Virus record (IMG/VR): IMGVR_UViG_3300008510_000002
Location: 1 to 61,365 of that record
Strand: one strand, 5' to 3'
Length of the DNA: 61,365 bases
DNA from: a virus
Lineage: Duplodnaviria; Caudoviricetes
Under the pieces are notes generated by a model, which saw only the letters and a list, made by a program, of their open reading frames with translations, was not told the origin of the DNA and searched no databases. Shown piece after piece: positions 9,745 through 17,746 of this stretch. The translations under genes were made by a program, and so were the position numbers. Positions within the stretch are counted from its first letter, which is position 1. The number at the start of each line of letters is the position of its first letter.

Positions 9745-9918
9745 TCACTTCCCCTTGCGCCCAACGGCGCCTTGGTTGCCGACGCGGGCCATGTTGCGGC
9801 CAGACTGCATCAGCATCTGGTTGGTGACCCCGCCCTTGGCGAGCTTGGTCTTGGGCTTGCCCGGGTGCATCGCGGCCTCATGCTTGTGGACCGCTTGCTT
9901 GGGGGACATGCTCTTCAT
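9745..9918 (-). CDS. Small basic protein (57 aa) with LAKGGV motif
   Basis: MKSMSPKQAVHKHEAAMHPGKPKTKLAKGGVTNQ...; AAGGAG RBS; not in ORF track. Confidence 0.8.
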   Translation of the reverse strand: MKSMSPKQAVHKHEAAMHPGKPKTKLAKGGVTNQMLMQSGRNMARVGNQGAVGRKGK

Positions 9919-9969
9919 GGTTCACTCCTTCGGGCTGCGCCCGTGTAGATGATACCGCCGATGGGCGGT

Positions 9970-10395
9970 TTAGGAAATGGTCACTTGCCCGACTTCGCCC
10001 CGACCGACCAAAGTGTTGGGGGTCAGGGGGTCTACGAAGCCTTGCGCACCGCCGATGGGGTTCCAACCCCACTGGATGATCAGCATGCCTTCGCCAGGGA
10101 AGCCGTCTTGGAGCGGCCCGGTGCCAGGGGTCGGATCGACCTGCAGTCCGTTGGCGCCCGACTGGTACCAAGTGTTCGTGTCAGGACGCGGATCGCGGAT
10201 GGCCTGGGGGTCGCTAATCGGGTACATCCCCAACTGCAACTGTGGGTGATCGGGACTCCAACAAGCCGGGCACGAACGTATAGCCGTTTGTTTGGTCTTA
10301 ATGACCTCGTTTTTCAGCTTCTTTAGGTCGAAACGGAAACCACAACGATCACAGAAGCCAAAACTTTTACGTCCGTTTGCGAAGCGGTTTGCCAT
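9970..10395 (-). CDS. Hypothetical protein with two CxxC motifs
   Basis: CDRC...CPAC; DHPQLQLG; RDPRPD. Confidence 0.8.
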   Translation of the reverse strand: MANRFANGRKSFGFCDRCGFRFDLKKLKNEVIKTKQTAIRSCPACWSPDHPQLQLGMYPISDPQAIRDPRPDTNTWYQSGANGLQVDPTPGTGPLQDGFPGEGMLIIQWGWNPIGGAQGFVDPLTPNTLVGRGEVGQVTIS

Positions 10396-10401
10396 GACGT
10401 T

Positions 10402-11097
10402 TTAGGCGATGAATTGCTGGCGCGGAACGAAGCGGATGGCACTCTTGTCACGGTCTTCGCTGGAAGCGCGGTCCCAGTCCTCGTCATACTGGGCCTTCAG
10501 CGTCTGCAGTCTCTCCATGCCACCCGGCACTTTCAGTGCCAAGTAATAGGCCAGACCGGAGACAAGACACGGCAGGAACCTGAACGGCACATCCTGGGTG
10601 TACTCACCGCCAGCACCGGCATCTTGGATCCGGCGAAGGTACCAGTAGACGAACTGATACACGCCCGTCTGATCAGGCGTAGGCCACACAGTGATCTGAG
10701 GCGTCGGGGCTTGGCGATTGACCCACACTTGGATGGGCCGTGCCTGCTGCAGCTTGTTGGGGATGGACGAGTAGGTCGAGACGGAGATACGCGTGATGGT
10801 CAGATCGACCTGGGTCGAGACGTTCCCTGCGCCGGTTCTGATCACATGCTCGATGAGGTCTACCGTGTTTTGCGGCAGGTTGTAGGTGTTCGTGCCCTGC
10901 ACCAAGGGGATCGTGTCCTGGGCTACAGTCCAGAGGTTAATTCCGCGGTTCGCCCAATCTGCCAAAAGTAGATTCAGAGACCGCCGCGCTGTACGTAGGT
11001 CGTAGCCCGTGCGAAGCTCCGCAGAATTTCTCTCGAAGGCTTCCTCGACAATTTCGTTCAAGTCGAGGTTGAACGCGGCGGTCCCGGAAGTGGTCAT
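10402..11097 (-). CDS. Head-tail adaptor / tail tubular protein A-like
   Basis: 231 aa; ARRSLNLLLADWANRGINLW, WPTPD, GLAYYLA motifs. Confidence 0.7.
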   Translation of the reverse strand: MTTSGTAAFNLDLNEIVEEAFERNSAELRTGYDLRTARRSLNLLLADWANRGINLWTVAQDTIPLVQGTNTYNLPQNTVDLIEHVIRTGAGNVSTQVDLTITRISVSTYSSIPNKLQQARPIQVWVNRQAPTPQITVWPTPDQTGVYQFVYWYLRRIQDAGAGGEYTQDVPFRFLPCLVSGLAYYLALKVPGGMERLQTLKAQYDEDWDRASSEDRDKSAIRFVPRQQFIA

Positions 11098-11098
11098 G

Positions 11099-11278
11099 TC
11101 ACTTTCCCAGCTTCTTCAGCGTCTGCGCCAGACGAGCGCGTTGACCCATCTTACCCGGCGCCTTAGCTGCCTTAGCAAGTTTCCCCGCTGGGATCTTCTC
11201 ACCCTTTTTGACACCCAAAGACTCCCTGAGTGCCCCAGGCTTCTTGATAGCCCCAGCGATCCAATTCTTTGCCATCAT
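11099..11278 (-). CDS. Small Lys-rich protein (59 aa)
   Basis: MMAKNWIAGAIKKPGALRESLGVKKGEKIP...RARLAQTLKKLGK; AAGGAG RBS; not in ORF track. Confidence 0.8.
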   Translation of the reverse strand: MMAKNWIAGAIKKPGALRESLGVKKGEKIPAGKLAKAAKAPGKMGQRARLAQTLKKLGK

Positions 11279-11286
11279 GTGCTCCT

Positions 11287-11532
11287 TTACTTACCGGTAT
11301 TGCCGCGTTTCTTTCCCGAAGGACTCACCGGCCATGCCTGCCTAGCAGGCCCTGTCTTGCGCTCCACCATCGCCGCCCGCTGGGCAGCGGAGAGTTTGCT
11401 CGCAGCTTTGGCGGGGCGGCAAGCAGGGTAAGCACGCGAGGACTTCTCCTCTCCTGACCGGCCACACGCCTTCCCGGTCTTCACATCGACCCACTTCTCA
11501 CCGAACCACTTGCCGAGCCCGCCCTTAGCCAC
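11287..11532 (-). CDS. Small basic hypothetical protein
   Basis: KWFGEKWVDVKTGKACGR...YPACRP; overlaps upstream gene. Confidence 0.75.
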   Translation of the reverse strand: MAKGGLGKWFGEKWVDVKTGKACGRSGEEKSSRAYPACRPAKAASKLSAAQRAAMVERKTGPARQAWPVSPSGKKRGNTGK

Positions 11533-11800
11533 GCTTCACCCGGTTGTCTGCACCGGCCCACGTACCACCACGAGACTTGTACTCCTTCGCTGCCCATGCG
11601 TTAGCGTAGGCACTGGGGTACACATCAAACTTGGCCTTGGCTTCTGCCTTGACCTTCGACCACAGGGATGGGTTCTGGGGACGCGAGCGCGTCTCACCGC
11701 CTTCGGCGTAGAGGTCAACCTTGTCACCGTCCTTGCGGCGGATGACTTTGGGACGTTTTAGCTCCGGGCGGATGGCGCCCATGCCCCTGCTGACCTTCAT
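11525..11800 (-). CDS. Small basic hypothetical protein
   Basis: Start MKVSRGMGAI at 11800; YAEGG motif; YPSAYANAW. Confidence 0.75.
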   Translation of the reverse strand: MKVSRGMGAIRPELKRPKVIRRKDGDKVDLYAEGGETRSRPQNPSLWSKVKAEAKAKFDVYPSAYANAWAAKEYKSRGGTWAGADNRVKRG

Positions 11801-11801
11801 C

Positions 11802-12446
11802 TCAGTACACCTTGCACTGCTTGACGCCGCGCTGCGCGATACCGGCACCACGAACTGATCCGCCGCTCTTGTAGGCTTTCACCTTGCCGCCGCGCTTGAA
11901 CTTCGGCTCTGCCGCCATTTCTTCGACAGCTTCTTCCCGAGCACGACGCAACGGCGCTTCACTGGCCCTGAACTTGCCGCTACCCGGGGCGCGGCCCGTG
12001 GCAAGCATCGGCTCGATCCGCGAGGCGAGACGTTCAGCCTCAGCAGCCCGCTTGGCAGCTTGATGGCGCATCAGCGCCCGGGCACCCAGGCCCGCACCAG
12101 CACCCGCACCAAGGGCTCCGAGCGTGTTCAGGACATTCCGGGTCGTGTCGGACATGCTGCCTTCGCCGGTCGAAGCAGGGCCCCGCGCCGCACCACTCGT
12201 GGGGATCTCAGCACGGCCCACAGTCACATCCCGATCAGCAGCCGTCCTGCCAGCGGACGGCCCGCGCCCAGAGCCTGCAGCGGCCTTGGCGGCGATCTCT
12301 CGGCTCTGCTCTTCAGCAGTCTTGGTGGTGTAGGTCTTGCCCTTGAATTCAAAGGTCTTGTCACCCGCTAGGCGAGCTTCCCTGAAGGCATCCCCGAAGG
12401 TCTGCGGGCGCATGCGTCCACCTTGGGCAGCGGTACGGTTGTCCAT
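11802..12446 (-). CDS. Basic hypothetical late protein
   Basis: 214 aa; FGDAFREAR...FEFKGKTYTT; C-terminal FKRGGKV-YKSGGSV-RGAGIAQRG. Confidence 0.75.
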   Translation of the reverse strand: MDNRTAAQGGRMRPQTFGDAFREARLAGDKTFEFKGKTYTTKTAEEQSREIAAKAAAGSGRGPSAGRTAADRDVTVGRAEIPTSGAARGPASTGEGSMSDTTRNVLNTLGALGAGAGAGLGARALMRHQAAKRAAEAERLASRIEPMLATGRAPGSGKFRASEAPLRRAREEAVEEMAAEPKFKRGGKVKAYKSGGSVRGAGIAQRGVKQCKVY

Positions 12447-12447
12447 C

Positions 12448-12768
12448 TCACACTATCCTTCCCTTGGTAAGCCCGTGCTCCGCACACCCGTCAGCGGCTC
12501 TGACGTAGCCGCCACTGCGGTACGCCTTGACCTTGCCACCCTTGGCGTAGCCTGCTTGGTTGTACGCCTCACCCTCGCGGGCAGCAGGCGAAACCGATTG
12601 GCGCAGCTTCTTGGCTGCGCGTTGCTCGTCCCGGGCAGACTTCGCCATCGTGGTAGAGATCTTGGACATGAAGTCCTTCTCGCCTTCGATGCCCTTCTGC
12701 ATCATGGAGCGGGACTTTTCCAGCTTGACAGATTCCTCTGCCGTGGGGGTGCGGTAGTGCCTTGGCAT
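12448..12768 (-). CDS. Basic hypothetical late protein
   Basis: 106 aa; AAGGAG RBS; C-terminal YAKGGKV-YRSGGYV. Confidence 0.78.
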   Translation of the reverse strand: MPRHYRTPTAEESVKLEKSRSMMQKGIEGEKDFMSKISTTMAKSARDEQRAAKKLRQSVSPAAREGEAYNQAGYAKGGKVKAYRSGGYVRAADGCAEHGLTKGRIV

Positions 12769-12778
12769 CCCGTTCTCC

Positions 12779-12985
12779 TTACTTGCAGCTTCCGCCGCCC
12801 ATCATCTTCACCATCTTGCCCCGGGTCTTTCCCTTGGACTCGACACCGCCGCCCTTGGCGAACGGCTTGCCCTTGGCTTCGGCCATCTCGTGCTTGATCA
12901 TGGACTTCGGAGCGCCCTTCTTCTTCATGAAGGCCACCTCCTTCTTGGCCATCGCGGGGGACTCGGACTTCGCCTTGTGCTTCAT
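12779..12985 (-). CDS. Small Lys/Met-rich protein
   Basis: 68 aa; AAGGAG RBS; FAKGGGV motif. Confidence 0.78.
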   Translation of the reverse strand: MKHKAKSESPAMAKKEVAFMKKKGAPKSMIKHEMAEAKGKPFAKGGGVESKGKTRGKMVKMMGGGSCK

Positions 12986-13113
12986 TTCGGGCTCCTTCGG
13001 GCCTTGGGCCCAGTGGTGGGTTTGGTGCTTCGGGCCTTGGGCCCAGTGGTGGGTTTGGTGCTTCGGGTGACGGCCCGCATGAGGCGGGTCTGGGAGTCAC
13101 TCTTGTACGGCAT
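12982..13113 (-). CDS. Small basic protein (43 aa) with duplicated 11-aa unit
   Basis: MPYKSDSQTRLMRAVT(RSTKPTTGPKA)x2RRSPK; ATGA overlap with next gene. Confidence 0.65.
   Translation of the reverse strand: MPYKSDSQTRLMRAVTRSTKPTTGPKARSTKPTTGPKARRSPK
12995..13067. repeat. 33-bp perfect tandem repeat, ~2.2 copies
   Basis: CTTCGGGCCTTGGGCCCAGTGGTGGGTTTGGTG x2 plus CTTCGGG. Confidence 0.95.
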
Positions 13114-13297
13114 CTTTGGCTTTCCCGCGCCCGGTCCAGCCGCGCACAGTTTCAGTTTCCCAGATGCGCAGGGCGGTCCAGATGATGGTGAACAACGCCG
13201 CGAGGGCGGGAAGGGCTTGGAGTAGTGTACCTAGCACGGTGACGACGGACAAGGCGTCCACAACGGTTTTTGTCTGCTCGGTCAGTTCTGGTTTCAT
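13097..13297 (-). CDS. Small membrane protein (holin/antiholin-like)
   Basis: 66 aa with long hydrophobic stretch followed by LRIWE. Confidence 0.6.
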   Translation of the reverse strand: MKPELTEQTKTVVDALSVVTVLGTLLQALPALAALFTIIWTALRIWETETVRGWTGRGKAKDAVQE

Positions 13298-13298
13298 G

Positions 13299-13553
13299 TC
13301 AGCAGTTCCACGCCCGGAGGCTCTTGTTGATACGAGAATTGGGGTCCTTAGCCGTCTTCTCGCTCGTCAGCTTTTTCTTCATCCCTTTCATGCGGGCGCA
13401 AAAGGAATCTCGACGAGGACCACCTTCAGGTTGCGGGGCTTTCAGTCCCGGCTTACCGGGGTTTGCAGCGTTGTAGGAAGCGCGGCCTTTGGCGTTGAGG
13501 CCACCAGCCTCAGATTTGCCTTCCTTGCGTTGCCATGCGGGGGTCTTAGCCAT
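13299..13553 (-). CDS. Basic phage protein (DUF6321-like)
   Basis: Start MAKTPAWQRKEGK; GGLNAKGR, RRDSFCARM, SLRAWNC. Confidence 0.7.
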   Translation of the reverse strand: MAKTPAWQRKEGKSEAGGLNAKGRASYNAANPGKPGLKAPQPEGGPRRDSFCARMKGMKKKLTSEKTAKDPNSRINKSLRAWNC

Positions 13554-13827
13554 AGAACACCGTTGCGGTAGTTCCGGTGCCAGTAGTTGCATACACGCCC
13601 GTACGCGCCAGGATTCCCTCCCCAGGCAGCAGCATGTAAAGTGAACCTGCAGCGGCAGCAGGCGTAAACGAGAACAACGTGGGACCGCCGTTGCCATCCG
13701 CGATGGTCAAAGCACCTGCAGACGCGGTAAACGTCATAGCAATTGCCTTGATCCGGGTACGCTCATCGTAGATGGACGCGGACGCAGCCGCGCCAACCGT
13801 GCCCATCTTGACATCAGTTTGCATCAT
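13546..13827 (-). CDS. Small virion structural protein
   Basis: 93 aa, beta-rich, ends TVFYG; follows head genes. Confidence 0.7.
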   Translation of the reverse strand: MMQTDVKMGTVGAAASASIYDERTRIKAIAMTFTASAGALTIADGNGGPTLFSFTPAAAAGSLYMLLPGEGILARTGVYATTGTGTTATVFYG

Positions 13828-13875
13828 GCTCTTGGCCTCTTAGATAGAGGAAGCCCCGCTGCAGCGGGGCTGGGA

Positions 13876-14352
13876 TCAGTTCTGGAACGTCGTCGGGTTC
13901 TGCGAACCGTCCGGGGCACGCTGGACGTAGCTCACCGTGACGATGGCCCGTCCAACACCCGCAGCAACGCCCACCGCGTAGCGCACGAAAACCGGCGTGT
14001 CCGCCGTCGTGGAGGTCTGCCACGCAAGCTGCGTGGCCGCAGTCGCAACTCCCCGGAAACGCCCGCCAGCGGTCGTCGCCACCGCCGCCATGAGTTCCGC
14101 GCCGCCCGAGGTCGAGCCCACAGACACCGTCGAGGTCGAAGAGCCGCCCGGGACCACCACCTGATCGACGGTGATGTCCACGATCTGGGCGCCTTGGGGC
14201 AGAGTGCCGAACTGCGCATCGACGTTGCCGACGCCTGCAGTGACGACGCCCGTATCGTAGGACTGGGTCAGAACTGCGAGGCCGGTGTTTTCTTGAGCGC
14301 CGTAGCGCACGGTGCCCGAGCGGATCGGGCCGGAGAAGGTCGTGAAGCCCAT
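13876..14352 (-). CDS. Capsid decoration/cement-like protein
   Basis: MGFTTFSGPIRSG start; TLPQGAQIVDI; downstream of major capsid gene. Confidence 0.65.
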   Translation of the reverse strand: MGFTTFSGPIRSGTVRYGAQENTGLAVLTQSYDTGVVTAGVGNVDAQFGTLPQGAQIVDITVDQVVVPGGSSTSTVSVGSTSGGAELMAAVATTAGGRFRGVATAATQLAWQTSTTADTPVFVRYAVGVAAGVGRAIVTVSYVQRAPDGSQNPTTFQN

Positions 14353-14369
14353 GGCTTTTCCTCAGTCTG

Positions 14370-14445
14370 CACCCGCCGTCCTTGAGGGGAGGTCTGCCGA
14401 GTCAGTCGGCGGGTGGGTCTGCGCGTAGCGCGGATCTCGGTCTAG
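14370..14445 (-). promoter_or_regulatory. Structured 5' leader of the decoration gene (candidate cis-regulatory RNA)
   Basis: 9-bp stem CACCCGCCG/CGGCGGGTG enclosing ACTGACTCGGCAGAC; small upstream hairpin. Confidence 0.45.
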
Positions 14446-14475
14446 GCGGAGCCTAGCATACCCGGGGGGGCTGGG

Positions 14476-15387
14476 TCAAGCCAAACCCGCTTTGCGGCAG
14501 GCCAGACAAGTTCCCTTCGTCAGCCTGGGGCTCAAGTGCCCATGGGTACAGGGGAGGCCCGTGAAGTACTGCTTGGCGCCCGTCTCCTTGGCCTGCTGCC
14601 GCGTCCTCGGAAGATCCTTGAACTCCTCCGGGATGACAACTGGGGTGGGCTCCTCATCAGCATAGAAGAACTGCCACCCAGCAAACTTCCCACGGACCAC
14701 AGGCTTCTTGTCGCGGCAGATGCGGACCAGCATCTGGTAGGGCGTGCCAAGCTCTTCTCCGGCCAGGGCGATGCCTTTGAACTCCCGGCGCGATCCATCA
14801 GGCAGGATGGCGATGACGGGGCGGCGCATCTTTTCCTTGGCTTCTTCAGTGTGGTTGCGGCCCTCCCAGTGGCTGTAATGCCCCGCCTCAGCCGCTGCGC
14901 GAATCTTCGCCAACCCCGCTTCTGATACCTTCCGCCCGGGCTTCTTGGGTTTTCCGCGCTGAGTGTTTGCTATCTTTTGGCGCACCTCGTCGCTGACGGT
15001 CTGGCCGTAACGATAATGGTCTTCGCCTGCATGTTTGCCTTTTCTATTCGCGCTAAGTTGAGCTTTACTTTCCTCTGACAGCGTAATTCCAAGCCGTGGC
15101 GCCGTTGCCAATGTGTTTACGTTGTAGCAGTCTGTTTTGCCGACACACTCCCGCAGCCACTTATCTTCCCAGACAAGTTGATCTTCTCCTTCAGGGATGG
15201 TTTCCACAATCTCGAAGACAAACATCTCTTCACCGTACTTGTTCCATGCGGCTTGGAGGTGCGGATTCTTGTGCTCGTTTCGGCGCAAAGCATATTTATG
15301 TTGCCACTCTCTGCGAGCAAAGCTATCGGCACTGCCGATATAAAACTTACCGTTTGCCATGTTGGTGATGCGATAGATGACAGCCAT
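14476..15387 (-). CDS. Free-standing GIY-YIG homing endonuclease with NUMOD3-like repeats and C-terminal Cys/His cluster
   Basis: VIYRITN...FYIGS...R..QH; LQAAWNKYG; YN; HTEEAKEKMR; PCTHGH...CLAC. Confidence 0.92.
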   Translation of the reverse strand: MAVIYRITNMANGKFYIGSADSFARREWQHKYALRRNEHKNPHLQAAWNKYGEEMFVFEIVETIPEGEDQLVWEDKWLRECVGKTDCYNVNTLATAPRLGITLSEESKAQLSANRKGKHAGEDHYRYGQTVSDEVRQKIANTQRGKPKKPGRKVSEAGLAKIRAAAEAGHYSHWEGRNHTEEAKEKMRRPVIAILPDGSRREFKGIALAGEELGTPYQMLVRICRDKKPVVRGKFAGWQFFYADEEPTPVVIPEEFKDLPRTRQQAKETGAKQYFTGLPCTHGHLSPRLTKGTCLACRKAGLA

Positions 15388-15415
15388 GCTGGGCCCCTTG
15401 GGTTAGTGAGGAGCG

Positions 15416-15444
15416 ATTCTAAGCTACTGAACACGGCTTGTCAA
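15416..15444 (-). promoter_or_regulatory. Sigma70-type promoter for the endonuclease gene
   Basis: TTGACA-17 nt-TAGAAT on minus strand. Confidence 0.8.
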
Positions 15445-15475
15445 CACTCCGGAGCCTTGAAACACAAAAGACATG

Positions 15476-15497
15476 AAAAAGGCCCCCGAAGGGGCCT
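15476..15497 (-). terminator. Intrinsic terminator after the major capsid gene
   Basis: GGCCCC-TTCG-GGGGCC followed by TTTTT. Confidence 0.85.
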
Positions 15498-15510
15498 AAG
15501 TGCTTGATTT
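15498..15510. promoter_or_regulatory. IHF consensus site (approximate coordinates)
   Basis: TAAGTGCTTGATT matches YAANNNNTTGATW. Confidence 0.5.
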
Positions 15511-15524
15511 ACAAGCCTTTTGTG

Positions 15525-16433
15525 TCACGCGCCGGGGCTTCCAAACGCTCCCAAACTATCGCTGACGCCGAAAGAAAATCTTTCGCGCGCCTTAAACCGC
15601 GAGTTCCCAGTGTCGAAGTCGGCGTCCATAGACGTCGCCAGCGGCACCCGAACGAAGTGCTTGAGACCGTTCGGAACGTCGGTCTTGATGAACCACGCGT
15701 TGGTGTCGGTCAACCAGTGGTTGATCGTGTACCCTTCCGGGATGCTGCCATTGTTCTTCAGCGCGTTGATGTCGTTGTCGTTGGTGCCAACACGGAGGTT
15801 GGTTTCCAGCAGACGCGTGGCGACGAACTGAAGGGCCGGAGGAACGATCAGCTTCCGAGGCTTGGCAGCGATGAGCAGACCACGCTCATCCGTCCAGCCC
15901 GCGATCTGGATCACGGCGGCTTCCAGCGAGGTCTCGTTCAGGTCAGCGCCCGTCGTGGGACGGTTGCTGTTGGTGCCACCGGACACCAGGGGGTGCGCGG
16001 TGCTGAACAGAGGCTGACCGTCGCCATACACGACACCGGCGTTGAAACCGTTGTTGAGGATGGCAGCGGCCTTGACCTGCTTGGTGTAGGCCATGGCCCG
16101 GGCGAGCGCCTTGGTGTAACGCGCCGAGAGGCTGTCGTACAGGTTGTCTTCCATCGCCTCTTCGGTGATGGAAAAGCCCATTGCGATGGTCTCGTGGTTG
16201 TAACGAGCGGTCCACGCTTCCTGTGCGTTGTCGTACTGGATTGCGGCACCTTCGTTCTTCACCGGGGCGGCGCTGAAGCCGGAGAGCTTGGTCTCCTCTT
16301 CAAACGAACGCTCGGAGGTCTCCGTTTCGTAGATCTCCTTGTGCTCTTCGCCGTAGCGCTTGTACTCCAGACCGAACAGGGCGTTCAGGCCAGGGAGCAG
16401 TTCCTTGAGTAGTTGGGCACGAGAAATTGCCAT
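15525..16433 (-). CDS. Major capsid protein (Mu gpT-like, HK97 fold)
   Basis: MAISRAQLLKELLPGLNALFG; PRKLIVPPAL; KARERFSFG; strongly biased codons; followed by terminator. Confidence 0.9.
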   Translation of the reverse strand: MAISRAQLLKELLPGLNALFGLEYKRYGEEHKEIYETETSERSFEEETKLSGFSAAPVKNEGAAIQYDNAQEAWTARYNHETIAMGFSITEEAMEDNLYDSLSARYTKALARAMAYTKQVKAAAILNNGFNAGVVYGDGQPLFSTAHPLVSGGTNSNRPTTGADLNETSLEAAVIQIAGWTDERGLLIAAKPRKLIVPPALQFVATRLLETNLRVGTNDNDINALKNNGSIPEGYTINHWLTDTNAWFIKTDVPNGLKHFVRVPLATSMDADFDTGNSRFKARERFSFGVSDSLGAFGSPGA

Positions 16434-16448
16434 GATGGATGCTCCTTA

Positions 16449-17279
16449 TCAGGCGACGTAGTAGCGGTGAGCGCTGAAGTTCAGCTTCGCCAGCACTTCC
16501 GGGCTCTGCACCAGCACGAGGTTGGGGCCAGTCACCGAGTTGGCCGGCGAGTTCGTCACCGTCAGCGTCGTGTTGCCCGTGGTGGTCACCGTTGCGGCGG
16601 CGGTCAGGGAGGCCCCAGTGAACTGAAGCTGACCCGTGGCGGGCACCAGTTGGAAGATGTCCGTGCCGATGGGGATGACCTGACCGACCGTCAGACCGGA
16701 GACCACCACCGAGGTGCTGCCGCTGCCGGAGACGTACGTCGCCGGGGTGCGGACTTGGCTCTCAGGGACCAGTTGCAGGATGCGGAAGCCGGCGCTCGCG
16801 GTGTTGGCCGCAGCACCGACGACACCCAGCGTGCTGTTGCCGGTGGAGGCAGAGCCCGTCGTGGTCGAACCAGCAGCGTTGGCGCCCACCACAAGCTGCG
16901 ACATCGAGCCGATGGTCGTCACACCAGCAGCCGTCACCACAGCGATGCGGAAGACCGTGTCCGGGTCGTCGCACACCACAGCGGCGATGTCACCCGCGAG
17001 GGTGTTGGCCGGGTAGTACTGGCTGAAGCGCTTCTGCTTCGTCACCGGGTCGGTGTACGAGCAGCCCAGGAAGATGCCCACCGTGGTGTTGGTGGTGTTC
17101 ACCGGGACCGTGGCGATGTTGATGAAGCCGTTCGTGAGAACGACCGGATCGCCGTAGAAGATCGCCGTACCGTAGTTGTAGGCGATGGGGTACTCACGGG
17201 TGGAACCCGAGAACACCTGACCACCGATCAGATTGACCGGCTTGTACCCGTACGGGCCGTCGAGAATGGGGTAAGCCAT
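16449..17279 (-). CDS. Head structural/stabilisation protein
   Basis: 276 aa immediately upstream of capsid gene; PYGYKP, IFYGDPV, DDPD motifs; AAGGAG RBS. Confidence 0.7.
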   Translation of the reverse strand: MAYPILDGPYGYKPVNLIGGQVFSGSTREYPIAYNYGTAIFYGDPVVLTNGFINIATVPVNTTNTTVGIFLGCSYTDPVTKQKRFSQYYPANTLAGDIAAVVCDDPDTVFRIAVVTAAGVTTIGSMSQLVVGANAAGSTTTGSASTGNSTLGVVGAAANTASAGFRILQLVPESQVRTPATYVSGSGSTSVVVSGLTVGQVIPIGTDIFQLVPATGQLQFTGASLTAAATVTTTGNTTLTVTNSPANSVTGPNLVLVQSPEVLAKLNFSAHRYYVA

Positions 17280-17293
17280 TTAAGACTCCTTGG

Positions 17294-17746
17294 TTACTGT
17301 CCGCGTCCGAAGGACACCTCAGAACGCCGGTTCTTGAAGAGCGGCATCCGGGGGTCGTTCTCGCGCATGAAGGTGTTGTCCACAGACTCCATCTGGCCAG
17401 ACGCCTGACCCTGGTAGAAGGCATTCCGTTGATCAACGAGTTCTTTGGGGGTTCGGCAGAGGATGAGGCCACCGATCTCCAGGGAGCCCGGAATCCGCGA
17501 CTGCGGATCGCACAGGTGCTGAAGCTCAGGATGGTCTGCAACCTTGACAGGTTCCCAACCTTCGCGGAACTTGGAGGTGATGTTCCTGGGGTCGGCGGTC
17601 CCCATGGTGCTGACGCGAATCCACCGGTACACATACCCAGGAGCCGGGGTCGGGTCCGGGAGCAGTTCGGCAGGCTTCCAGGTCATGGGGCGCTCTGCCT
17701 TGGCGCGAGTCTCAAAGTCTCGCGGGATCCGGGGCGTTTCAGGCAT
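17294..17746 (-). CDS. Hypothetical head-module protein
   Basis: GYVYRWIR, REGWEPV, IGGLILC motifs. Confidence 0.75.
   Translation of the reverse strand: MPETPRIPRDFETRAKAERPMTWKPAELLPDPTPAPGYVYRWIRVSTMGTADPRNITSKFREGWEPVKVADHPELQHLCDPQSRIPGSLEIGGLILCRTPKELVDQRNAFYQGQASGQMESVDNTFMRENDPRMPLFKNRRSEVSFGRGQ

Noticed and set aside
14476-15524. Group I intron carrying the GIY-YIG gene
   Set aside because: The capsid gene ends with a stop and terminator before it, the downstream gene is intact, and no intron core was recognised
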